Part shown: positions 1 through 12,352 of the stretch, one piece after another
Layout: every line of letters starts with the position of its first letter
Position numbering within the stretch: the stretch's first letter is position 1
NCBI RefSeq assembly: GCF_001194135.2
Contig: NC_068998.1
Location: 47,474,679 to 47,515,986, forward strand
Length of the DNA stretch: 41,308 nucleotides
Origin: Octopus bimaculoides
Taxonomy: Eukaryota
Direction of reading: 5' to 3'
Translations under genes and position numbers: made by a program
Notes under the pieces: generated by a model
Database searches by the model: none
What the model saw: the letters and a program-made list of their open reading frames with translations, nothing else
Told to the model about the DNA's origin: nothing

Positions 1-65
<65 letters not shown>

Positions 66-315
66 TTGTGTATGTATATATATATATGTATGTAAGTATA
101 TATAATGTATGCATGTTTGTATATATGCGCACATATGTAAATATATGTGCAATAAATTATGCATGCAAATATTCGACTTGACAATTTCCAGGTCGTCTAA
201 ACTAAACGAGAATGCTATCGCAGCTCTATAATAAATAATTCATATAAATAGAAAATTTAAGAGCTGCAACATATTCAAGGTGATAAAACATGGACACAAT
301 CACACATTCATATAG

Positions 316-368
<53 letters not shown>

Positions 369-770
369 TTATATATAATTTTACTACGTGAGGAAATGAC
401 AAACTCATATCCACAAGCGTACACATGTACATAAGGTTACCGTTACCAATAAAATACGTAAATACGTATAAATTCCAGACACCAGAGGATACATGAAAAT
501 CGTAGTGAAATCATTAAGGGTACAAGTATGTAATGAAAGATTTACACAAGTCAATGAACTAATTAGATAATTAATTCATTAAAAACGAAACCGGAGCTAC
601 CATTTGGGTGAGCTAGGGGTGTTTTCATGATTTTTTCTTTTTCCTTGGCAGACAGACCTATATCGAATTAAGACAATATAACGAAGAAAATATCATGTAA
701 AATAAAATTTGTACACGCACACAGACACGCACACAGACACGCACACAGACACGCACACACACGTGCGCAC

Positions 771-960
771 GCGCACAGGCGTGGTTGTGGTAAGAAGCTT
801 CCTTCCCGACCACATGCTTCCTGGTTCATTCCCATTGCGTGGCACGTGTCTTCAGTCTCACTCTGTGGGCAAGTGTTTTCTACTATAGCCCCGGGCCGAC
901 CAAAGCCTTGCGAGTGGATATGGTAGACGGAAACTGAAAGAAGCTTGTCGTATATGTATA
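771..960 (+). mobile_element. tRNA-derived SINE, family A, 5' half
   Basis: Matches heads at 8906, 22768, 30215 (..gtggtaagaagctt..accacatg..ggttca..ccc..gcaagtg..ctactatagcc..ggccgaccaaagccttg.gagtggat.tggtagacggaaactgaaagaagc); ends in the (TA)n where the family's central microsatellite starts. Confidence 0.85.
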
Positions 961-980
961 TATATATATTTATATATATA

Positions 981-1190
981 CGGGGGAAAAAACGGAGAAA
1001 TGGTACACAAATATAAATGCAAACAACAGGACATAAACTACTAAACTACTAAGAACGAATTAAATTAAGCTGGCGTGTGTGGAAGTGAAGCCTTACGGCA
1101 AGGACATAAAAGATGACAGGCATGGGGAAAGAATATAGATGTTGCACGGATGGTAGTCGAACCAAGAAAGAAAGGTCAGTCTTGGCCTCT
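981..1190 (-). mobile_element. Unclassified dispersed repeat (family E), partial copy
   Basis: Reverse complement aligns to 14689-14892 (ggccaag.ctgacctttctttcttggttcg..ccgtgcaacatct..cttccacacacgccagcttaatttaattcgt..tttctccgttttttcc). Confidence 0.8.
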
Positions 1191-1246
1191 GTGTGTGTGT
1201 GTGTGTGTGTGTATGTATATAAAGCCAAGCTGAACTGATATATACC

Positions 1247-1291
1247 ACAGTCCCATTATGCCTTAGCAGGCCGAAACTTCGAAGTTACTGT
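1247..1291 (+). ncRNA. Degenerate minimal type I hammerhead-like fold, core mutated
   Basis: ACAGU-CCCAUUA-U-GCCU(UAGC)AGGC-C-GAA-ACUUCGAAGU-U-ACUGU: 5-bp helix I, 4-bp helix II, GAAA, perfect 10-nt palindromic helix III; core is only 4/7 CUGAUGA. Confidence 0.4.
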
Positions 1292-1388
1292 CAATAACTT
1301 TTGTTTACAAAAATAAATTCGTACTCTACAAAAGCAGTTGAGCAATTCTCCAGTACTGCTGCTCTTATTATAACTTATAACATAAACA

Positions 1389-1420
<32 letters not shown>

Positions 1421-1855
1421 ATTTATATATGTTGTGTGTGTGTATGTGTGTGTGTGTGTCTTTGTATACAGTTCAATATTGAGATGTGTTAAGTAGTGAC
1501 AGGTAATATTTTGGTGACATCGCCGCCTGTTGTTTTTGTCTGTAGACTGCACTATTAAACTTACCTTTCAGGTGTATGTGCGTGTGTGTGTGTGTGCGTA
1601 TCACCAGGAAGGAAAAGGGAAGGTGGAAGGAAAGAGAAAAGTAAGAAGGAAAGCAATAAAAGTATATATCACCTGTAGATCGTTTATTGTAAATAGGGGT
1701 CTCTTAAAACATGTCTGACAACCGGTGCACTGATTGACCTGTTTTAAGGTTACCAAAAGGACTGGGGAGAGGGATCAGGGGTGGGTTGTTGTCTGTGGTT
1801 GTAGTAGCGGTGATAGTAATACGTTGTTGACCTATGGGACACGGGCAGTAGGAGT

Positions 1856-2110
1856 TGTTGTATAGCCCCAGGCCAGTCCTGATCCACCACTCATATGGTA
1901 GCTAGGTACATGTTGTATAACCCCTGATCTGTCCTTTTCCACCAGTTCTACGGTACCCAAGTATTTGCTTCATAGCCCTAGGTCAGTCCTGACCCACTAG
2001 AGCAATGATACCCATGTACTTGTTGTATAACCCGGTCAGCCCTGATCCACCAGTCTTATGGTACCCGGGTAGTTATTGTTATATAGCCCCTGGTCAGTCC
2101 TATCCACCAA
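1856..2110. repeat. 55-bp minisatellite, ~4.6 diverged units
   Basis: Units start at 1856, 1911, 1966, 2021, 2077 (tgttgtata[g/a]ccc..ggtcagtcctgatccacca..tggtaccc). Confidence 0.85.
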
Positions 2111-2113
2111 ACC

Positions 2114-2324
2114 CTTACTCTTTTACTCTTTTACTTGTTTCAGTCATTTGACTGCGGCCATGCTAGAGCACCGCCTTCAGTCGAGCAAATCGGCCCCAGG
2201 ACTTATTCTTTGTAAGCCTAGTAGTACTTATTCTATCGGTCTCTTTTGCCGAACCGCTAAGTTACAGGGACGTAAACACACCATCATCGGTTGTCAAGCG
2301 ATGTTGGACACACACACACACACA
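2114..2324 (-). mobile_element. SINE family A, 3' half (rest in gap)
   Basis: Reverse complement of the family tail (..gcggtgctc.agcatggccgcagtcaaatgactgaaacaagtaaaagagtaaaagag) and body; runs into (CA)n then N gap. Confidence 0.9.
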
Positions 2325-3015
2325 NNNNNNNNNNNNNNNNNNNNNNNNNNNNNNNNNNNNNNNNNNNNNNNNNNNNNNNNNNNNNNNNNNNNNNNNNNNN
2401 NNNNNNNNNNNNNNNNNNNNNNNNNNNNNNNNNNNNNNNNNNNNNNNNNNNNNNNNNNNNNNNNNNNNNNNNNNNNNNNNNNNNNNNNNNNNNNNNNNNN
2501 NNNNNNNNNNNNNNNNNNNNNNNNNNNNNNNNNNNNNNNNNNNNNNNNNNNNNNNNNNNNNNNNNNNNNNNNNNNNNNNNNNNNNNNNNNNNNNNNNNNN
2601 NNNNNNNNNNNNNNNNNNNNNNNNNNNNNNNNNNNNNNNNNNNNNNNNNNNNNNNNNNNNNNNNNNNNNNNNNNNNNNNNNNNNNNNNNNNNNNNNNNNN
2701 NNNNNNNNNNNNNNNNNNNNNNNNNNNNNNNNNNNNNNNNNNNNNNNNNNNNNNNNNNNNNNNNNNNNNNNNNNNNNNNNNNNNNNNNNNNNNNNNNNNN
2801 NNNNNNNNNCCACCACCATTATTCATTACCATTCCAGGTGGTTGACAGTAAAACAGGTGTCGCTGTGGATGATGTACTGAAAAAGACAGATCGAGTCCCC
2901 CCACACACCTTCATCTCCCCACAGAAACCCCACCACACAACCTCACCACCTCCTTTTCATTCTTCGTGCTTAATTACGGGTGGAAGGGTGTAAAAGGTCT
3001 GACTGATAAGAGTTA

Positions 3016-3056
3016 TAACAACAACAACAACACTGCTGCTGCTGCTGCTACTACTA

Positions 3057-3133
<77 letters not shown>
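3016..3133. repeat. Compound trinucleotide microsatellite (AAC)(GCT)(ACT)(AAT)
   Basis: Direct reading. Confidence 0.95.
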
Positions 3134-3146
3134 CCTTCCTACTATA

Positions 3147-3283
3147 GGTGGCGAGCTGGCAGCATCATTAGATCGCTGGGATTAGTGGCATTTTGTCCAT
3201 TTTTATGTTCTGAGTTCAAATTCCGCCAAGGTCAACTTTGCCTTTCATCCTTTCGGGGTCGATAAAATAAGTACCCCTCCCCC
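3147..3283 (+). mobile_element. tRNA-derived SINE, family B, diverged/truncated
   Basis: ggtggcgagctggcag head, B-box-like gagttcaaattcc, and ctttgcctttcatcctttcggggtcgataaaataagtacc shared with 26062 and 32647. Confidence 0.85.
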
Positions 3284-3284
3284 A

Positions 3285-3467
3285 AAATCTGCATCAAATT
3301 TTGCCAAAAGCTTGGCGATACTTGTTCAGTGGCCTACGCAAAGTTTACAAAAACTTTTCATCGTTCTCGACACAATCAAGGAGATCTTGTGCAACTGAAA
3401 CCTGAGTGTCTTTTTGGTCAGCTGAAAGCAGTTTTGGGACAAACTTGGCAGACACGCGTCTCATACC
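3285..3467. mobile_element. Mariner-derived fragment, second copy spanning the inverted junction
   Basis: Plus strand ICIKFCQKLGD..; minus strand GMRRVSAKFVPKLLSADQKDTQVSVAQDLLDCVEND; ~10 mismatches in ~126 nt versus 4514-4683. Confidence 0.85.
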
Positions 3468-4265
3468 NNNNNNNNNNNNNNNNNNNNNNNNNNNNNNNNN
3501 NNNNNNNNNNNNNNNNNNNNNNNNNNNNNNNNNNNNNNNNNNNNNNNNNNNNNNNNNNNNNNNNNNNNNNNNNNNNNNNNNNNNNNNNNNNNNNNNNNNN
3601 NNNNNNNNNNNNNNNNNNNNNNNNNNNNNNNNNNNNNNNNNNNNNNNNNNNNNNNNNNNNNNNNNNNNNNNNNNNNNNNNNNNNNNNNNNNNNNNNNNNN
3701 NNNNNNNNNNNNNNNNNNNNNNNNNNNNNNNNNNNNNNNNNNNNNNNNNNNNNNNNNNNNNNNNNNNNNNNNNNNNNNNNNNNNNNNNNNNNNNNNNNNN
3801 NNNNNNNNNNNNNNNNNNNNNNNNNNNNNNNNNNNNNNNNNNNNNNNNNNNNNNNNNNNNNNNNNNNNNNNNNNNNNNNNNNNNNNNNNNNNNNNNNNNN
3901 NNNNNNNNNNNNNNNNNNNNNNNNNNNNNNNNNNNNNNNNNNNNNNNNNNNNNNNNNNNNNNNNNNNNNNNNNNNNNNNNNNNNNNNNNNNNNNNNNNNN
4001 NNNNNNNNNNNNNNNNNNNNNNNNNNNNNNNNNNNNNNNNNNNNNNNNNNNNNNNNNNNNNNNNNNNNNNNNNNNNNNNNNNNNNNNNNNNNNNNNNNNN
4101 NNNNNNNNNNNNNNNNNNNNNNNNNNNNNNNNNNNNNNNNNNNNNNNNNNNNNNNNNNNNNNNNNNNNNNNNNNNNNNNNNNNNNNNNNNNNNNNNNNNN
4201 NNNNNNNNNNNNNNNNNNNNNNNNNNNNNNNNNNNNNCTATATACATGTGTGTGGGTGGGTGTGC

Positions 4266-4297
<32 letters not shown>

Positions 4298-4298
4298 A

Positions 4299-5195
4299 CG
4301 TGGTCTGATCAATAAGTATCCGGACTGTTGCCATAGTAACGAAGCTAAAGCTTGCAGAATAAAACCGCTTCACGCAGATTGACCTTCATCTCTACTGTGC
4401 ATGCGCACTAAGCATTAACGTTCTAACTCACTTTCGCTGTGTACAGCAGTGCTTGGAAGTAACGTGTATCGGGTTTGTTCGTTGCATTGACAATGACAGA
4501 GGCGGTTGAGCAGAGAATCTGCATCAAATTTTGCCAAAAGCTTGGTGATACCTGCTCAGAGGCCTANNNNNNNNNNCCAAAAGCTTGGTGATACCTGCTC
4601 AGAGGCCTACGCAAAGTTTTCAAGAAGTTTCCATCGTTCTCGACACAATCAAGGAGATCTTGTGCAACTGAAACCCGAGTGTCAATTTAGTCAGACACAC
4701 GTCTCTTACCCAAATCTTCAGTGATAATGGACTGAACTGAACCGTAACTAATCTGCACATCCTCTGATAACTCACGGATGGTGACTCGATGATTTCCCCT
4801 CACAGCTGCATGCACATCTGTGATGTCTTTCTGTTCTGCTGATTGCGGGTCTCCCAGAACGTTCGTCACTAGCGACATTTCTTCGGCCATCTTGGAAATG
4901 TCTGAACCACTCGTACACTTGTATGCGACTCATACACTCCTGAACATACACTTTCTGCAACATTTCATAGGCGTCTTAGCAGGTATCACCATGACAACTT
5001 TCTCTGTCATGCGATGATCACACGCTACACACCTTCCTTCCAAGCACTGTTGTAAACAGCAAAAGTAAGCTAGAACGATAAAATTTAGTGCGCATGCACA
5101 GCAGAGTTCAAGGTCAATCAGTGTCAAGCGGCTTCCCTCTGCCTGGTTTAGCTTCGTTACTATCAACAGTCCGGATACTTATTGATCAGACCTGT
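4299..5195. mobile_element. Non-autonomous Tc1/mariner element (MITE-like), TA target-site duplications, two left ends head-to-head
   Basis: TIR ggtctgatcaataagtatccggactgttg..atagtaacgaagctaaa at both ends, TA at 4297-4298 and 5196-5197; plus arm encodes MTEAVEQRICIKFCQKLGDTCSEAY from 4493; minus arm encodes frameshifted mariner HTH segments (QVYEWFRHFQDGRRNVASDERSGRP; RVTIRELSEDVQISYGSVQSIITEDLG). Confidence 0.92.
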
Positions 5196-6210
5196 TATAT
5201 ACAAAAGGAAAATGAGAGGACAAAGGAATAAGCGATTATCTTATGAAGTTCATTAGCTTACAGCCGTTTCTGCTATAAGATGCTATAGTTGAGTNNNNNN
5301 NNNNNNNNNNNNNNNNNNNNNNNNNNNNNNNNNNNNNNNNNNNNNNNNNNNNNNNNNNNNNNNNNNNNNNNNNNNNNNNNNNNNNNNNNNNNNNNNNNNN
5401 NNNNNNNNNNNNNNNNNNNNNNNNNNNNNNNNNNNNNNNNNNNNNNNNNNNNNNNNNNNNNNNNNNNNNNNNNNNNNNNNNNNNNNNNNNNNNNNNNNNN
5501 NNNNNNNNNNNNNNNNNNNNNNNNNNNNNNNNNNNNNNNNNNNNNNNNNNNNNNNNNNNNNNNNNNNNNNNNNNNNNNNNNNNNNNNNNNNNNNNNNNNN
5601 NNNNNNNNNNNNNNNNNNNNNNNNNNNNNNNNNNNNNNNNNNNNNNNNNNNNNNNNNNNNNNNNNNNNNNNNNNNNNNNNNNNNNNNNNNNNNNNNNNNN
5701 NNNNNNNNNNNNNNNNNNNNNNNNNNNNNNNNNNNNNNNNNNNNNNNNNNNNNNNNNNNNNNNNNNNNNNNNNNNNNNNNNNNNNNNNNNNNNNNNNNNN
5801 NNNNNNNNNNNNNNNNNNNNNNNNNNNNNNNNNNNNNNNNNNNNNNNNNNNNNNNNNNNNNNNNNNNNNNNNNNNNNNNNNNNNNNNNNNNNNNNNNNNN
5901 NNNNNNNNNNNNNNNNNNNNNNNNNNNNNNNNNNNNNNNNNNNNNNNNNNNNNNNNNNNNNNNNNNNNNNNNNNNNNNNNNNNNNNNNNNNNNNNNNNNN
6001 NNNNNNNNNNNNNNNNNNNNNNNNNNNNNNNNNNNNNNNNNNNNNNNNNNNNNNNNNNNNNNNNNNNNNNNNNNNNNNNNNNNNNNNNNNNNNNNNNNNN
6101 NAGAGAGAGAGAGAGAGATGTATGCATATATTTGTGTGCGCGCGTGTAGATACATAATATAATGTGTATGTATGATTCGTTGTCTGTGTGCCAAAATAAT
6201 GACATATATA

Positions 6211-6268
<58 letters not shown>

Positions 6269-6567
6269 TGTGTGTGTGTAGGTCAGCATATCTCAGCTGA
6301 ATAATATTATGTATGTGCGCGTACACATTTGCATACACTCACAAACGCACACACATATATATCATATACATATGTGTTCCTCTATATGTGTGCAGATGTA
6401 TATGTATGTGGTGTGTGTGTGTGTGTGTTGTGTGTGTTTGTATGTGCTATATTTAGTGAGATCCACCGAAGTCTAAATCGATGAGAAATATTTTATGAGA
6501 TTTAGATAGAATAGCTCTATATATTTGGGTTGCATGTATACATATATATGCTTGTGTGCGCATGTGA

Positions 6568-6604
<37 letters not shown>

Positions 6605-8404
6605 GTATATACATACATACATACACATTTATAGTTGAAATTTATAGAAAAACAAAAGACGAAGGCAGGTGTATGAACAACAAACAAGTGTATTAGTTTC
6701 ACAGTCGGGGAAAATGAAAAGTCTTTTACGTTATACATACATACATGCGCACACACACACACACACATATATATACATACATACANNNNNNNNNNNNNNN
6801 NNNNNNNNNNNNNNNNNNNNNNNNNNNNNNNNNNNNNNNNNNNNNNNNNNNNNNNNNNNNNNNNNNNNNNNNNNNNNNNNNNNNNNNNNNNNNNNNNNNN
6901 NNNNNNNNNNNNNNNNNNNNNNNNNNNNNNNNNNNNNNNNNNNNNNNNNNNNNNNNNNNNNNNNNNNNNNNNNNNNNNNNNNNNNNNNNNNNNNNNNNNN
7001 NNNNNNNNNNNNNNNNNNNNNNNNNNNNNNNNNNNNNNNNNNNNNNNNNNNNNNNNNNNNNNNNNNNNNNNNNNNNNNNNNNNNNNNNNNNNNNNNNNNN
7101 NNNNNNNNNNNNNNNNNNNNNNNNNNNNNNNNNNNNNNNNNNNNNNNNNNNNNNNNNNNNNNNNNNNNNNNNNNNNNNNNNNNNNNNNNNNNNNNNNNNN
7201 NNNNNNNNNNNNNNNNNNNNNNNNNNNNNNNNNNNNNNNNNNNNNNNNNNNNNNNNNNNNNNNNNNNNNNNNNNNNNNNNNNNNNNNNNNNNNNNNNNNN
7301 NNNNNNNNNNNNNNNNNNNNNNNNNNNNNNNNNNNNNNNNNNNNNNNNNNNNNNNNNNNNNNNNNNNNNNNNNNNNNNNNNNNNNNNNNNNNNNNNNNNN
7401 NNNNNNNNNNNNNNNNNNNNNNNNNNNNNNNNNNNNNNNNNNNNNNNNNNNNNNNNNNNNNNNNNNNNNNNNNNNNNNNNNNNNNNNNNNNNNNNNNNNN
7501 NNNNNNNNNNNNNNNNNNNNNNNNNNNNNNNNNNNNNNNNNNNNNNNNNNNNNNNNNNNNNNNNNNNNNNNNNNNNNNNNNNNNNNNNNNNNNNNNNNNN
7601 NNNNNNNNNNNNNNNNNNNNNNNNNNNNNNNNNNNNNNNNNNNNNNNNNNNNNNNNNNNNNNNNNNNNNNNNNNNNNNNNNNNNNNNNNNNNNNNNNNNN
7701 NNNNNNNNNNNNNNNNNNNNNNNNNNNNNNNNNNNNNNNNNNNNNNNNNNNNNNNNNNNNNNNNNNNNNNNNNNNNNNNNNNNTATATATATAAGAAAGA
7801 AGTTAATAATAATGGTCATTACATATATTTCCTTTATTGGATTAGATGTGGCTTACAGCTGTTTCCAGTAGTCATTATAAGTACATTACTGAGAGGTTTA
7901 CACAGCTGGCGTATTGATCAGTTGAGGAAAATTGAACAACCTAAGAAAATTAACGCTACTTTCATCTGAGCCATTTGTAGTTATAACAAGCAGAGCACTG
8001 GCGGAATGGTTATTGTATGGGGAAAGTAGGAAATATATACACACGTGTGTGTGTGTGTGTGCAGCGAGAAGCTAAACGTATTTTGTTCCGTGTGTTTGAT
8101 ATCGTGGATAGTTCTAAGTCGACAATGAATCTAGAAAATATTAAAATTCCAACGAAGGGATACCAATTATTATCATTTATACCTTTAAAACCGGATTATC
8201 CAAGACGGTTGGTTTATACCCAGTGCGGTTTCAGAACTGTCAGATCTTTCTACATAAGATGTCTGGACGTCAAGAATTTCGTTGAATTCAATGTTGTTGA
8301 CCTTCAGATCAATAACATCGAATTCTTTTCATTTCCTTATCATCTGATGGATTGGATTAGTTCCTGCCAGACAGTTCTCCACTGTGCATCGTATCTCTAC
8401 ATGT

Positions 8405-8613
<209 letters not shown>

Positions 8614-8905
8614 ATCACGTTCTCCACTTCTCTCTCCCCTTCTTTTCTAGCGTAATGCACAGATATGACTCTGCGGTTAAGAATCTGGCTTTGCACCCAC
8701 CTGGTTTAGGGTTCAGTCCCATTATGCGACATCTTGCGCAAGTGTTTGCTATTATATCCCTGGGAAAACCAATACCTTGTTAGTGAATTTGGTGGACGGA
8801 ATTGTGTGGAATCCCATATGTAGGCGATACGCAAACGTGTTCGTATAAACTTATAAATTCGTGACAATAACAGTTTTCTGTAGCAAATGTATTACATCAT
8901 ATATA

Positions 8906-9500
<595 letters not shown>

Positions 9501-9892
9501 ACTTTAATTAGCTATGGTGAAATTAGAACCAGGAAATAACTCTTACTATCAGTGACGCATTCCCTAGCTCACCATGTCTTCTGTTTTGCAGTATTTTTAG
9601 ACTTAATCATCATTTGAGACAATGATCCGAATGAAATTATAATTCGGATTAAGATATTTTTCATTTCCTGATCGTTGATCACGTGATCTATAAACTATTC
9701 TTGCAGTCAGACATAAAGTCGCCATTGTTGCACCATGCGCTTTGTTTTTTTATGAAAATAACTAAATTAGTGTATGTATGTATGTATGTATGNNNNNNNN
9801 NNNNNNNNNNNNNNNNNNNNNNNNNNNNNNNNNNNNNNNNNNNNNNNNNNNNNNNNNNNNNNNNNNNNNNNNNNNNNNNNNNNNNNNNNNNN

Positions 9893-10122
9893 TCTATATG
9901 TCTGTGCACACCTTTCAATGCAGTGTATGCCAGAAGGTTTGCGAATCTAACGGAGGCCTCAAAAGACGTTTTAAGATCCACAAAAGTCAGAACTTATCTG
10001 CAGCTCTTGGTGGTCCGAATCGGATATGCAATCGGATATGCATCGTCTGGTTTTATCAGCCACACCAGATGCCATGACGGTCCTAAGGTACTAGAGGTGA
10101 CCAAACTCAGCGTAAGTTGACA
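9893..10122 (+). mobile_element. Probable RTE-clade LINE 3' end (degenerate C-terminal C2H2-like fingers plus short 3' UTR)
   Basis: FQCSVCQKVCESNGGLKRRFKIH then frameshifted CNRIC..SSGFISHTRCH; resembles the CxxC..GL.SH.R.H terminus of RTE ORFs; no TGEKP linker. Confidence 0.6.
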
Positions 10123-10259
10123 ACCACTATATATACATATGTACACACATGCATACGTATACATACACATATATATATATGCATGCATGAAAATATGTAT
10201 GTAAATATATGTGCATGTATGTATATATATATAGAGAGAGGGTGAGAGACGGAGTTGAT

Positions 10260-10281
10260 ATATAGATAGATAGATAGACAG

Positions 10282-10332
<51 letters not shown>

Positions 10333-10342
10333 GATAGGTAGG

Positions 10343-10382
<40 letters not shown>

Positions 10383-10385
10383 GAG
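10260..10385. repeat. (GATA)n microsatellite
   Basis: Direct reading. Confidence 0.95.
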
Positions 10386-10774
10386 GGAATGAGGCTCAGA
10401 GCAAAATTGGATGTGCTCTGCGGAATGAATTTAGACCACAAAGGCGAACAAAATTACGTTGACTACCATAAAACAGAAATTCATTCTTGATGAAATTATT
10501 GTTCTCGGCAAATAATCGTGCACTTACAGCATAGGCCAGGCACGTACCATATTTTTTCGTCAACGAACCGTGTAGTTACAGCATTGGTCATTCTTGTACG
10601 ACATTTCCTCGCCATTCAACTATGCACTTACAAGACTGGCCAGGCAGGAACCATGCTTTCTCGACGTGTTAGCCCAATAAAACCATGCAACTTCCACAAA
10701 TCAAGGTTTTCTAATCAAAACAAAGCTAGAAGTAAAATGATGATCAAACAATATTATTCTGTTGGAATAGTCGT

Positions 10775-10891
10775 TAGAACATCGGCTAAAATATTTTGTG
10801 GTATTAAATCACAGTTCTTCTACGTTCTGAGTTCAAATCCCACTGGGGTTAACTTTACCATTCATCCTTCCGAGTTTGGTAAAATAAAAGT
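10775..10891 (+). mobile_element. SINE family B, old fragment
   Basis: ctacgttctgagttcaaatccc..aactttaccattcatccttccgag..ggtaaaataaaagta. Confidence 0.65.
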
Positions 10892-11209
10892 AAAGACCCC
10901 CTTCGATCATGAATGGCCATGGGATTGCACCCAGAATGTTCACCTTCAAGGCACAAGTCCGGGCAAGGTTGTTTATGGAAGACCAGCAGTCACCCATGCA
11001 TATCAGCCTCTCCTTCTCACATGCCACCGATGTTACCCAAGGGAAAGGTAAAACCCGATACAGCTTGGCACCAGTGACGTCGCAACTCACTTCTACGGCA
11101 GAGTGCATTGGAGCAACGTGAAATAAAGTAACTTGCTCAAGAACGCAACACACAGCTCGATCCCGGACTCGAACTCACTAACTTTAACCGCTGAGCCATG
11201 CGCCTTCAC
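10892..11209 (-). mobile_element. tRNA-derived SINE, family C (CORE-like central motif)
   Basis: Minus strand: A box TGGCTCAGCGG, B box GAGTTCGAGTCC, then gtgttgcgttcttgagcaagttactttatttcacgttgctcca, shared with 25284-25567; distinct 3' tail. Confidence 0.8.
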
Positions 11210-11323
11210 TTGATAAAATAAGGTAGATTTTCAATCGCAAACTTTCATCCCAACATTTCTGATATTGTGCTTATGTAACAATTTACTATTGTTATCATAA
11301 GAATTAACTTGCCTTCTACCTCA

Positions 11324-11361
<38 letters not shown>

Positions 11362-11479
11362 CTCTCCCTCTCTCTCTCTCAAGAGAGCTATATATTTTTC
11401 TTTCTTTCTTTCTTTCTATCTAGCTCGTTTCCTCTTCCTCTTTCCCACAATTTTTCTCCCGTCACCTCTTCACAGCCCT

Positions 11480-11636
11480 CTCTCTACCCTATACACATAT
11501 GTATACGTGTGTGTGTGTGTGTTTATGTGTATGCGTGCGTGTGTGTGTGTACGTGTGCGTTTGTGTATGTTTATATGTATATGTGTGTGTATGTATACAT
11601 ATATATAAATACACACACGCACACATATATATACAC

Positions 11637-11688
<52 letters not shown>

Positions 11689-11954
11689 ACACTCAGAAAG
11701 TCGCACATACACACATGTGAACAGACATAAACACGCATGCATATGTGTGTGTATGCGTATGTATACATATATCTATATATATGTATATGTGTGTGTGTGT
11801 GTATACACATACGTACATATATATGTATATATGCACTCATATATATACGTATATATATAAATATATACATACATATATAGGAGAAAGAGAGAGCGAGAGA
11901 GAGAGCGAGAGAGCGAGAGAGAGAGAGCGATGATGTAGATATAGATATGGACAA

Positions 11955-12011
<57 letters not shown>

Positions 12012-12320
12012 TAAATGTATATGTATATGTAACATATGGTATAATTATGCATGTATATATATATATACACGCACACGCACACATATATATCATACATGCA
12101 CACAGATATAAATACACATATATATAAATATGTATACATATATGAGGGTGTGTTTATTCAGTGAGTAAGGGGAGGTAGAGCGTCCAGGAGTTCTTCTGTC
12201 CCTCCCACATGGGTGACACTGATACGGCTGATGTTCAGTAAGGGGATACCTGTAAGTTATAGCTGGGGTGGGGCAGGAGGCAACGCCGGGTGTCTGTGTA
12301 TGTATGTATGTGTTTGTGTG

Positions 12321-12352
<32 letters not shown>

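Noticed and set aside
4534-4609. 33-bp direct duplication (4534-4566 and 4577-4609)
   Set aside because: Identical copies flanking a 10-N gap are a typical unmerged contig overlap.
9893-10122. Exon of an expanded C2H2 zinc-finger gene
   Set aside because: No TGEKP linkers, first His replaced, frameshifted; fits an RTE LINE terminus better.
10518-11153. 177-aa and 106-aa ORFs
   Set aside because: They run through SINE B and SINE C sequence.
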